Assembly: GCA_963781585.1 (NCBI GenBank)
Contig: CAWAGQ010000004.1
Coordinates: forward strand, 1 to 64,000
Length of the DNA: 64,000 nt
Source of the DNA: an uncultured Gemmatimonadaceae bacterium
GTDB taxonomy: Bacteria > Gemmatimonadota > Gemmatimonadetes > Gemmatimonadales > Gemmatimonadaceae
Reading direction: 5' to 3'
In this document: positions 50,123 through 59,529 of the stretch, in pieces
Position numbering within the stretch: position 1 is the first letter of the stretch
How the letters are laid out: every line of letters begins with the position of its first letter
Notes under the pieces: model-generated
What the model was told of the DNA's origin: nothing
Seen by the model: only the letters and a program-made list of their open reading frames with translations
Database searches by the model: none
Made by a program: the position numbers and the translations under genes

Positions 50123-52651
50123 ATGCCGCTGTCATCCAAACCACCGGCTGGGCCCGTGAATCTGTCGCAGAATGCGCGGACGGTGCTCGACAAGCGCTAC
50201 CTCGTGAAGGACGCTACGGGGAAGCCGGTCGAGAGGCCGGAAGAGTTGTTCTGGCGCGTCGCGGCTACGGTGGCGGAAGCGGATCGACGCTACGGCGCGA
50301 CCGACGGCGCGGTGAATGAAGCCGCCGACGCGTTCTACCGGCTGATGACCGAGCGGCGTTTCCTGCCGAACAGTCCCACCCTCATGAATGCCGGGCGCCC
50401 GCTGGGGCAGCTGTCCGCATGCTTCGTCCTGCCCGTTGCGGACGCGCTCTCGAACGGGCAGGACGGCATCTACGACACGCTCCGGGCCATGGCGCTGATC
50501 CACCAGAGCGGCGGTGGAACCGGTTTCTCGTTTTCGCGCCTTCGCCCGAAGGGATCGATGGTCCGATCCACCACCGGAGTCGCCAGCGGCCCGGTGTCGT
50601 TCATGAAGCTCTACGACGCCTCGACCGATGCGGTGAAGCAGGGGGGGACTCGGCGTGGCGCGAACATGGGGATTCTCCGGGTCGATCATCCCGACATCAT
50701 GGACTTCGTCACCTGCAAGGAAGACCTCACGCAGGTAACGAACTTCAACATTTCGGTGGCGGTGACGGAGAAGTTCATGCAGGCCGTGGCCGCTGGCTCG
50801 GCGTACGATCTCATCGATCCGCACAACGGCCACCAGGTGGTCGGTCAGCTCGATGCGCGGACGGTCTGGAACAAGATGATCGAGGGGGCGTGGCGGACCG
50901 GCGAACCGGGCGTCTTCTACGTCGACGAGGCGAACCGGTTCAATCCGGTCCCGCACCTGGGCAACTACGAGGCCACCAATCCGTGCGGCGAGCAGCCCTT
51001 GCTGGCCTACGACGTCTGCAATCTGGGCTCGGTGAACGTCGGCATCTATGTGAAGGACGGGAAGATGGACTGGGACACGTTCCGGCGTGATGTCCATCTC
51101 TCGACGCACTTTCTCGACAACATCATCGACGTCAACAAGTATCCGCTACCGGAGATCGACGTTCTCTCCAAGCGGATCCGCCGTATCGGTCTCGGCGTGA
51201 TGGGGTTTGCCGACGCACTCGTGCGTCTCGGAATCGCGTACGACTCGGACGAGGGTGTGGAATTCGGACGCAAGCTCATGCACTTCGTTGACACCGAAGC
51301 CAAATTCGAATCGAATCGACTGGCCGAGGAGCGCGGGTCGTTCCCCGAGTGGGCGCGCAGCATCTGGGGCCCGGACGAAACATGCGCCAGAGATGCCGCG
51401 GCCAAGCGGATCCGGCCCATGCAGCTCCTCCGGAACTGCAACGTCACCACCGTCGCTCCTACTGGCACCATCTCGATCATCTCCGGATGCTCGTCGGGTC
51501 TCGAGCCGCTGTTCGCCGTGGCGTTCCTCCGGAACCAGGCGGGCGTGATGATGCCCGATGTGAACGACGATTTCGTCGCTATCGCGAAGCGGGAAGGGTG
51601 GTATGGCGACGACCTGATGGAGCGGATCGCCCGCACCGGCACTATCGCGCACCCCGAGGTCCCGGAGCACGTGCAGCGTGTGTACGTCACGGCGAACGAG
51701 ATCACGCCCGAGTGGCACATTCGCATGCAAGCGGCTTTCCAGGAGTCGACCGACTCGGCGATCTCGAAGACGACCAACTTCGCTCACACCGCGTCGCAGG
51801 ACGATGTGCGCGCCATCTACGAGCTGGCGTATCAGCTCCACTGCAAGGGCGTCACAGTCTATCGGGACGGCTCGAGAGACAATCAGGTGCTGTCGACCGG
51901 AGCGACCGAAGCCGCCAAGACGGCACGAGAGAGCGGGGGCGGTCCGGAGGCATCGGTTGCAAACCGTACCGCCGGCCAGCTTCAGGGTGAGATCGCCGAG
52001 CTCAATCACGAGATCGAGCGTCTCAAGAAGGACCTGTTCGACTCCGAGGCGGAAAACCTGCAGCGACGCAACAAGCGTGCTCGCCCCGACCGGCTGCGCA
52101 GCACGGCCATTCGCAAGGAAACGCCGTTAGGCACGATGTACGTGCACATCAGCGAGGATGATCGCGGCCAGCCGTTCGAGGTGTTCATCAATCTCGGCAA
52201 GGCCGGCGGATCCGCGATGGCCGATGCCGAAGCGATGGGACGCCTGATCTCGCTGGCCCTTCGCTCCGGGATCCCGCTGATGTCGATCCACAAGCAGCTC
52301 CGTGGCATTTCGAGCGATCGCGCCGTGGGTCTAGGACCCAACAAGGTCCTCTCGGTGCCGGATGCCATCGGCATTGCGCTCTATGAGTGGTATCGTGACA
52401 AACAGGGCGTCCAGCAGGAGCTCACCATTCAGGACCAGCGTGCGGACGATGCGCCCGGGACGGAACAGGCGCCGGTTCCGGTTTCGCGCTTCGGCGAAAC
52501 GGCAGGTACGGAGGGCGAGCAGATGATGCTGGGCGCGATGGGCGAGGAGGCCCGATCGTTCATCGGAACGTGTCCCGATTGCGGATCGCAGCTCGAGTTC
52601 GCCGAGGGGTGCGTCAAGTGCCACGTGTGCGGCTTCAGCGAGTGCGGGTAA
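50123..52651 (+). CDS. nrdJ: Class II (adenosylcobalamin-dependent) ribonucleotide reductase with C-terminal TSCPD domain and Zn ribbon
   Basis: FLPNSPTLMNAG, SACFV, NPCGEQPL, CNLGS, APTGTIS, YRDGSR, C-terminal CPDC...CHVCGFSECG. Confidence 0.93.
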   Translation: MPLSSKPPAGPVNLSQNARTVLDKRYLVKDATGKPVERPEELFWRVAATVAEADRRYGATDGAVNEAADAFYRLMTERRFLPNSPTLMNAGRPLGQLSACFVLPVADALSNGQDGIYDTLRAMALIHQSGGGTGFSFSRLRPKGSMVRSTTGVASGPVSFMKLYDASTDAVKQGGTRRGANMGILRVDHPDIMDFVTCKEDLTQVTNFNISVAVTEKFMQAVAAGSAYDLIDPHNGHQVVGQLDARTVWNKMIEGAWRTGEPGVFYVDEANRFNPVPHLGNYEATNPCGEQPLLAYDVCNLGSVNVGIYVKDGKMDWDTFRRDVHLSTHFLDNIIDVNKYPLPEIDVLSKRIRRIGLGVMGFADALVRLGIAYDSDEGVEFGRKLMHFVDTEAKFESNRLAEERGSFPEWARSIWGPDETCARDAAAKRIRPMQLLRNCNVTTVAPTGTISIISGCSSGLEPLFAVAFLRNQAGVMMPDVNDDFVAIAKREGWYGDDLMERIARTGTIAHPEVPEHVQRVYVTANEITPEWHIRMQAAFQESTDSAISKTTNFAHTASQDDVRAIYELAYQLHCKGVTVYRDGSRDNQVLSTGATEAAKTARESGGGPEASVANRTAGQLQGEIAELNHEIERLKKDLFDSEAENLQRRNKRARPDRLRSTAIRKETPLGTMYVHISEDDRGQPFEVFINLGKAGGSAMADAEAMGRLISLALRSGIPLMSIHKQLRGISSDRAVGLGPNKVLSVPDAIGIALYEWYRDKQGVQQELTIQDQRADDAPGTEQAPVPVSRFGETAGTEGEQMMLGAMGEEARSFIGTCPDCGSQLEFAEGCVKCHVCGFSECG

Positions 52652-52700
52652 CAGGAGTTCCGGCGGCGGCAGGGTCTTCCTCCGCCAGGAGCGTCACGGC

Positions 52701-52730
52701 AACGCCACTCGAGGTTTCGGGTGGCGTTTC
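52701..52730 (+). terminator. Terminator-like hairpin after nrdJ
   Basis: AACGCCACTCG-AGGTTT-CGGGTGGCGTT followed by TC. Confidence 0.55.
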
Positions 52731-52932
52731 TGCTCCCAGCCATGCTGTGACGATGTGACGGCCACGCTCGGCTGGGCGTGGGCATCGCGTCTGACATCGT
52801 TCCTGTACGATTCGTCCCTGCGGAATAGGGGGCCGGCGGCATCGCGCGTGTCTTCCCGCTGACATCGGGTAATTCTGTCTTTCACCTCCGCCCGGGCTCC
52901 GGCACGGGCGCCCTCAGTGCAGGGAGACTCAC

Positions 52933-53406
52933 ATGCGTGCAACATCTGGTCCGTTGATCATGTCCGGGATGGCAGCACTCGCGCTGTTCGCCGCCGGATG
53001 CTCGCATCTGGCCGACAACACTCCGGTTGGCGTGGCGTCGTACACCGGTGCGCCGTCTACCGACACCACGCACGCCGTACCGCCGAAAGTGCGGGTCAGC
53101 GGTCGTATTCTCGGTGTGACCTTCACCGTGCCCACCCAGGGGTCCGATTCGATGCACTTCGAGCCGGTACGGCACGCCAAGATCCGGGTCATGCAGAACG
53201 TGCTCGTCAACGGCGAGTCGTCCCAGGTACTGGCCGTAGAGATGCTGTCGGACGATGCCGGCGGATACATGATCAAGGACCTTCCGGGCGGCTACTACGT
53301 CGTCTATGCCTATCCTCCGGCGGGTTCTGCGTATGCACAGAACTGGTCGTACCTCGCCGCCCTCGACCCGGAAGTAAAGCTGGACGTGTACGTGTGGAAG
53401 AAGTAG
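52933..53406 (+). CDS. Lipoprotein with carboxypeptidase-regulatory-like beta-sandwich
   Basis: Lipobox AAGC; SDDAGGY.IKDLPGGYY.V motif; AGGGAGA SD. Confidence 0.72.
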   Translation: MRATSGPLIMSGMAALALFAAGCSHLADNTPVGVASYTGAPSTDTTHAVPPKVRVSGRILGVTFTVPTQGSDSMHFEPVRHAKIRVMQNVLVNGESSQVLAVEMLSDDAGGYMIKDLPGGYYVVYAYPPAGSAYAQNWSYLAALDPEVKLDVYVWKK

Positions 53407-53409
53407 CGC

Positions 53410-56202
53410 TCAGCCCCCGCCTGATCCCAGTTTCCGCAACACAGCGCCTAACGCTTCGATCTCGCGGCCGTAACCGGCCCAGTCGCCGGCGCGCTGTGCC
53501 GCCAGCGCGCGGTCGTAGTGATCCTGCGCCTGGCGGAGCAGGTCGGTGACGGTCGACGGCACCGGCGCGCGCGACGCGGCGGGGTTGGCTGGTGCTCCGG
53601 CGGCGGCCCCCGGTTCCAGCGCGATGGTCGAACGCGGGGCCGCCCCGCCGCCGAACAGCAGCGAGAGGCCTTCCTCAAGCGTTTCCCCCATCACCACCTG
53701 GTTCTCGTGGGCCACCACCACCCGCTTGAGTTCGGGAATGTTGCCGCCCTCAGCCCGCAGGTAGATGGGCTGGACGTAGATGAGCGACTCCTCGATCGGG
53801 ATCACCAGCAGTTCGCCGCGAATCACCTGGGAGCCGCGCTGATCCCAGAGGGTGATCTGCCGTGAGATCTCGGTGTCCTGGTTGATCCGGTTGACGATCT
53901 GCTTCGGCCCGTACACGAGGCTCTGCCGCGGGAAACGGTACACGACGAGACGCCCATACTCGTCGCCGTCCATGCGTGCCACCATCCACGCCGCGAGGTT
54001 GTCCTTGCCCTGCGGTGTGAACGGCGTCATGTAGATGAACTCCGCCTTCTGCTCCCCGGGAAGCCGCAGGATGATGTGCCGCATGAACGGGGTAACCGAC
54101 TGTCCGGCCGAGCTCACGCCCGGAATCTGCCACTGATCTTCGCGGTGATAGAACGTCTCGGGTTGCACCATGTGGTAGGTGGCGTGCATCGCGGTCTGGA
54201 TGCGGAAAAGCTCTCCGGGATACCGGAGGTGACGCCGGATGTCGGCCGGCATGGCGCTCATCGGCCTGAAGATGTCGCCGAAGATGCCCGCGTAGGTCCG
54301 GGCCACCGGATCGTTCGGGTCGACCAGATAGGCGTCCACGGTACCGTCGTAGGCATCGATGACGACCTTCACGCTGTTGCGCATGTAGTTCGTGCCGTCG
54401 GACGTCCCGCGTGCATACGGATAGGTCGATGCGGTGGTGTAGCCGTCCAGAATCCATTTCAGCTCGCCGGCGTCGCTGACCATCAGATACGGCTCGGCGT
54501 CGAAGCTGAGGAACGGCAGGGCGGTGGACGCCCGATCGATGATGTTGCGGCGGTAGAGAATGCGCGCGTTGCCAACGATGTCGTCGGACAGGAAGATCTT
54601 GGCCGATCCGAATTCCCAGGCATAGAGTGCGCGCCGGAAGAACGAGCCAACGGGCACGCCGCCGTGTCCGGTGTAGGTGGTGTACACGTTGGTTTCGCCG
54701 GAGGGGTAGTCGAACTCCTTCTGCCCGGTGCCGACGAAGACGTAGCTGTTGGTGAGCTGGCCGTAGTAGATCTGCGGCCGGGTGAGCTTGATGGAGATGG
54801 TCGAGACCGGCGGGAGGTCCTTGATGAATAGCACCGGCAGGCCCTCGGACGTGACCTGATTCACCGGCGCCATGGTAACGCCCATGCCGTGCGTGAAGGT
54901 GAGGCGCTCGTTGATGAAGGTGCGCGTGGGCAGCGATGCTGTGTTCAACTCGCGCGCCGACAGGTGGACCTGCCGATAGCGGCCGTCGATCATGTACCGG
55001 TCGTCATTGACCGAGACGAAGTCGTAATAGGTCCGGATTTCCTGGAGCTGTCCGAAGGTCTGCTGCAGCAGGTCGCGCTCCCACAGCCGCACGTTGTCGA
55101 TGGTGGGAGCGTTGGCCTGGATGTCGGCCATGGTGAGCTGCACGTTGCCGTTCAGGTCGCGCGTCACGACGCTGTCGAGGCCCCAGGCCCGGCGGGTGGC
55201 GGCAATATGCTCCCGCAGGTACGGCGCTTCGCGAGTCAATTCGTTAGGTGCCACGACCAGTTTCTGGATCGACGACGGCACCACCACCCGCGCCACCACG
55301 CTCACGCTGACGTACAGGGCCCCGGCCATGACCGTGTACCAGACGAGCTTCCGCCGCGACGCCCCCACCACCACGAGCACCGCACCCAGCAGCGCCGCGA
55401 CCGCGGCCAGCCGGATGCCGGGAAGCGTGTAATGCACGTCGGTGAAGCTGGCTCCCACAAGCGGTCCGGTGGTGGAGTACAGCAGGTTGGCGCCGGTCAC
55501 GATCCAGAGACGGATCGCCGTCAGGACGAATACCGCGACCAGCAGCGCGGCCAGGTGCCAGGTGGCCTGGGGGGCCACCGAGGTCCGGCGCGGCGGCAGG
55601 ATCAGATCGCCGTGCAGGACGTACAGTAGGGCCACGGCGGCAAGCGACAGCCAGCTGAGCGCCAGCAGGATGCCAAGCACCGCCGAAACGGCGGGAAGGC
55701 GAAAGAGATAGAAGCCGATATCCCGCCCGAAAAGCGGATCGGCCAGTCCGACGCTCGACCCGTGGACGCCCTTGAGAAAGGTCATCCACAGCGCCGAGAC
55801 CGAGACCCCGACGACGAAGGCGGCAAGGATCACGACCCCCAGCAGCAGCTTGGGCAGGAACCGGACGAGGTCGATCGGGATGCCGTCCGGGCCGCCGAGA
55901 TGTAACGCGAGCACGGCCTCCGACCCTCGACGCGCCAGCCGCAGGTTACCGTAAAAAAACGTGAACGCGAAGCCGGCGCCGGCGACGAACAGCACCACAC
56001 GCCATCGCAGCGCCGTGAGGTAGACCGACTGGAATCCGATCTCGCGGAACCAGAGCCAGTCGGTGGCGAAGCTGGCGAGCCAGGGCAGGACGATTACGCC
56101 CAGAAAAAAGACCACCAGCCCACCGATGATGATCCGGCGGAGCCGGCGCAGGGACGGAGGGAGCGCGCCGTGGAGGCGAGGGACGTCGAGGGGATCGGTC
56201 AT
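53410..56202 (-). CDS. UPF0182-family membrane protein
   Basis: TDWLWF, DPLFGRDIGFYLF, QLQEIRTYYDF, YMRNSVK, GELLVIP, ELKRVVV. Confidence 0.93.
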   Translation of the reverse strand: MTDPLDVPRLHGALPPSLRRLRRIIIGGLVVFFLGVIVLPWLASFATDWLWFREIGFQSVYLTALRWRVVLFVAGAGFAFTFFYGNLRLARRGSEAVLALHLGGPDGIPIDLVRFLPKLLLGVVILAAFVVGVSVSALWMTFLKGVHGSSVGLADPLFGRDIGFYLFRLPAVSAVLGILLALSWLSLAAVALLYVLHGDLILPPRRTSVAPQATWHLAALLVAVFVLTAIRLWIVTGANLLYSTTGPLVGASFTDVHYTLPGIRLAAVAALLGAVLVVVGASRRKLVWYTVMAGALYVSVSVVARVVVPSSIQKLVVAPNELTREAPYLREHIAATRRAWGLDSVVTRDLNGNVQLTMADIQANAPTIDNVRLWERDLLQQTFGQLQEIRTYYDFVSVNDDRYMIDGRYRQVHLSARELNTASLPTRTFINERLTFTHGMGVTMAPVNQVTSEGLPVLFIKDLPPVSTISIKLTRPQIYYGQLTNSYVFVGTGQKEFDYPSGETNVYTTYTGHGGVPVGSFFRRALYAWEFGSAKIFLSDDIVGNARILYRRNIIDRASTALPFLSFDAEPYLMVSDAGELKWILDGYTTASTYPYARGTSDGTNYMRNSVKVVIDAYDGTVDAYLVDPNDPVARTYAGIFGDIFRPMSAMPADIRRHLRYPGELFRIQTAMHATYHMVQPETFYHREDQWQIPGVSSAGQSVTPFMRHIILRLPGEQKAEFIYMTPFTPQGKDNLAAWMVARMDGDEYGRLVVYRFPRQSLVYGPKQIVNRINQDTEISRQITLWDQRGSQVIRGELLVIPIEESLIYVQPIYLRAEGGNIPELKRVVVAHENQVVMGETLEEGLSLLFGGGAAPRSTIALEPGAAAGAPANPAASRAPVPSTVTDLLRQAQDHYDRALAAQRAGDWAGYGREIEALGAVLRKLGSGGG

Positions 56203-56422
56203 GGATGCAAGATGGCCCCCCTTCAGCCTGAACACCACCGGTGAGTGGCGATCAGGTGCGTGTGACGCCGGCGTGACGCCTCGCTGCGAGGTTGCCCCCG
56301 CGTTCATCACGCCGCGTTGCGACCGGGCTGGCGCTCCACGATGAACGCTCTCGGAGACAGGCCGGGTGTCTCGCCGTCGTCGTTAGGCCTTTCCCTCTCC
56401 CCACGCACAGGAGCGACCACCC

Positions 56423-57307
56423 ATGTATCACCTCTCGTGGCTGGCGGCCCGGAAGCGGTCCGCCACCGCTGCCCTCATGACCGCGGCTCTCCTCGCCGCC
56501 GGATGCGACCGCCCATCCCGCGCGACGGCCCCGCCCGATACGATGTCCGCCGCTCACCCTGTCACCGTCGGCCGCATCCGCGCCGCCGATCCCGCGCTCG
56601 TCGCCCTCCGGCAGCAGCTCGTCGACCCCTGGTCCGCCAGGTCCTGGCGCGACCTGTTCAGCGCCTCTTCATCGGCGCTGCTCGAATCACCACAGCAGCT
56701 GCTCCACCTGCTGCAGCGCGACCATCCCACGGCGTCGACTCCACCTTCCGGGGGACGCGCCAGTCTCTCGCTCATCGGTCCAATTACGCAGGAGGAGGCG
56801 GATGCCTCCCTCGGCGGCGTGCAGAGCATCGATCCCGTGAACGGAACCATCGCCGTTACCGTTCAGGCCTCGGGAGTCGCCGCCTCGACCCTGGGTGCCG
56901 ACGGAAGTTTCGGATGGAAGTACATGCGCGCCGACGGATCTGTGGTGAATCGCACGCCGAGCGACAGCCCGTTCCACTGTTCCGGACCTGGCCCGCGCCT
57001 CGATTGCGTCGTTCACAGCAAGACCTACTTCAAGTGCGAAGCAGATCACGTGAAGATCGGCGGCGATCTGCTCACGGCCATCTGGGCAGCGTACGTCCTC
57101 CCGGTCGTCATGAGCCGGGCGTACGTGGGACCCACCGTTCGCTGGGTCGACTGCCCACCCCCGCCACCGCCGCCCGGTACCAGCGGAGGGTACACGGACG
57201 AATGCTGGGTCTGTCAGGAATGGCTCGACCTCTACAATGGCGACGTGATCGACGACTGGTGGGAGTGCGACCTGCGCAACGGTCAGGTGTGCAATGCCGC
57301 ACAGTAG
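56423..57307 (+). CDS. Hypothetical lipoprotein with poly-Pro linker and Cys/Trp-rich C-terminus
   Basis: AGGAG SD; lipobox LAAGC; CPPPPPPP; CWVC..W...WWEC...C. Confidence 0.72.
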   Translation: MYHLSWLAARKRSATAALMTAALLAAGCDRPSRATAPPDTMSAAHPVTVGRIRAADPALVALRQQLVDPWSARSWRDLFSASSSALLESPQQLLHLLQRDHPTASTPPSGGRASLSLIGPITQEEADASLGGVQSIDPVNGTIAVTVQASGVAASTLGADGSFGWKYMRADGSVVNRTPSDSPFHCSGPGPRLDCVVHSKTYFKCEADHVKIGGDLLTAIWAAYVLPVVMSRAYVGPTVRWVDCPPPPPPPGTSGGYTDECWVCQEWLDLYNGDVIDDWWECDLRNGQVCNAAQ

Positions 57308-57383
57308 CTCGCGTTTGCCGGTGGCGCTGTCATGCGTCGCGCCGGCACGAAACTCAACCCATGTTCGCATCGGAGACACGACC

Positions 57384-57851
57384 GTGACGATATCCCGCAT
57401 ACTCACTCGCATTCCACGCTGGGTCGCCGGCATCATCCTGGCGGCGCCGTTCGCTCAGGTGGCGGCGCAGGCTTCCGCCGGCCATGCCGTCGCAACCATC
57501 GTCCAGGTTCCCGACCTGGGAGCAACTGATCGTCGCGCGGTGATCCTCCGCCGCGCCGACGGCGACCCGCTCAACGTCGTCCTGGTGTCGCCAAACACCA
57601 CGGCGGCGGATCTGGCTCGCGCCATGGGAGCGCTGGTACGCTCCGTCGAGACCCGCGGTCCCCAGGTGCAGAGGGACATTCGCGCCTACGTGGTCGCGGA
57701 CACGAATGGCACGCGGCCTCTGGCAAACGAGGGACGCGCACGCCAGGATCTTGCCCGGCTCTCGAAGGCGACGGTCTACAACATCGACGGCGTCGGCCCC
57801 GGCAGGGCGATCACCGTGCGGCTGGTCATCAGCGCCGGCCGCAAGCGGTGA
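57384..57851 (+). CDS. Hypothetical secreted protein
   Basis: GGAGA SD, GTG start, signal-peptide-like N-terminus (VAA-Q). Confidence 0.65.
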   Translation: MTISRILTRIPRWVAGIILAAPFAQVAAQASAGHAVATIVQVPDLGATDRRAVILRRADGDPLNVVLVSPNTTAADLARAMGALVRSVETRGPQVQRDIRAYVVADTNGTRPLANEGRARQDLARLSKATVYNIDGVGPGRAITVRLVISAGRKR

Positions 57852-59233
57852 CCGGTCGCATGGAGCCTCGGTCGCGGGCGGCGCTCCAGCGGGCCTCAGG
57901 CGACCACGCGGGACGGCACCGGAGGCTGCCGTCCCGCGGAGCATGGCGCCATACTGACGACCACATCGTAAATGCGGGGAGAATGCTCACCGTTCTCGCT
58001 CTTCTCGCGCTCGCCTCGACCAGTGGCCGCGGCGACGCGCCAGTTGCACCGCAGTGTCGCGAGCAACCCTGGTCGCGGGCCGCGCTGCTTCGAGGTGAAA
58101 CGCCTGACCGTCCGGTCGTCCTGCGCTACCCCAGCATGGCACGTGCTGATGGACACCTCTACGTGGCGGGAATGAACGTCCCCTTCTTCGTGGACTCACT
58201 CCCCGACTCGCCGCTCGAGGTCTGGGACCTCGCGGTCGGGTCCATCGGGCGTCCCGCGGGTCATTTCGAGTTCGCGTTTCCGCGGCTGTACGGCGCTGCG
58301 GACGGCACGCTCCTCGCGCTGTGGGGGGAACGGGCGTCGCGCGATTCGCTGCCATTCTATCGAGCGGAGATGACCCAGCTCTGGGCTTCGGAATACCAGA
58401 GAGCGCGTGGGTGGTCGACGCCGAGACTGGTCGCCGATTCCGCGACAATCCTCTGGGACGATGTCAACGCCGGCACGTACATGGACTCGGCAGCTGCGGT
58501 GCACGTAGTCGTGCCGGCGCTCTGGTCGTTCTTGAGGCATGGTCTCCTCGATGTATCGTATGCGCACGGATCCTGGAGCAGTGTCAGGATTCCGATGGAC
58601 GAGCCGGTGGCGTCTGTGAGCGTCGCAAGACTGGGCTCCGGGACGCTCCTGCTCGCGATGATCAGGGCCCTTGGCCCGCTTTTCTTGCCAAACAGGAGCG
58701 TCGTGCTCGTCTCACGCTCAGACGACGAGGGGCGAACCTGGCAGCATCCCGATGTGGTGCTCGACTCGCCCAGAGGTCTGGCGACGGAGATCTGGGCCTT
58801 GGCGGCCGACTCCTCGTCCGTGCACCTGCTCTGGGGACAGAACCTGTCTGCTGCGCATTTTCCGGAGGTCATACGTCATCTGTACTCCGTCGACGGCGGC
58901 CGCTCATTCTCCGCGCCGGAGGACTTTCGGCCGGCCGATGGATTCGACGGTGTGCGTCCGGCCATTGATGGGTGCGGCGCGCTGCACGTGGTCTATCAGC
59001 ACCGACGGACGGACACCGCGGGAGGACTGGCCGTGCACGTCGACGAGGTTACCTGGAACGGAACATGGAGCGAACCGCAGCACCTGTTCCAGGATCAGAT
59101 TGCAGTGAGCCCCGGTCTGTTCTTCGACCCCGATTCGTCGCTGCTCCGGTTGGTCTGGAGCGCACGACCAAGCGCCTCGGCGCGCTTCGCGCCACTCACC
59201 ACCTTCGTTTCGGAGAAGCTCGTGCGGAGGTGA
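57848..59233 (+). CDS. Asp-box/BNR (sialidase-like) beta-propeller protein
   Basis: SDDEGRTW and SVDGGRSF Asp-boxes; alternative start at 57983 gives a signal peptide. Confidence 0.72.
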   Translation: MTGRMEPRSRAALQRASGDHAGRHRRLPSRGAWRHTDDHIVNAGRMLTVLALLALASTSGRGDAPVAPQCREQPWSRAALLRGETPDRPVVLRYPSMARADGHLYVAGMNVPFFVDSLPDSPLEVWDLAVGSIGRPAGHFEFAFPRLYGAADGTLLALWGERASRDSLPFYRAEMTQLWASEYQRARGWSTPRLVADSATILWDDVNAGTYMDSAAAVHVVVPALWSFLRHGLLDVSYAHGSWSSVRIPMDEPVASVSVARLGSGTLLLAMIRALGPLFLPNRSVVLVSRSDDEGRTWQHPDVVLDSPRGLATEIWALAADSSSVHLLWGQNLSAAHFPEVIRHLYSVDGGRSFSAPEDFRPADGFDGVRPAIDGCGALHVVYQHRRTDTAGGLAVHVDEVTWNGTWSEPQHLFQDQIAVSPGLFFDPDSSLLRLVWSARPSASARFAPLTTFVSEKLVRR

Positions 59234-59529
59234 TGTGCGGCGGGTCTGGGTCGCTGCCGGCTGGGGCGTGTGGCGCCGGCGACCCGGCCGCCCCGCGGTC
59301 GATCCGGGACCTGGCGCACTTGTCGTGCGCCGGGTGGCGCGCATCTATTCAGGACGCGCGGCGCGGCACGCACGGGACGCCATGCGAGCGGCCGTACGCC
59401 CTGTTTTCGCGGGGGATGACGTCGCCACGACTGCACCCGAACCATCCGGTGAACCCGGTCGCTGCATGGCTGCCGAGGCCCTGCCGGCCGCGACCGGCCG
59501 ACCCGACGCGCCGGCACACGCGGCCGGCG

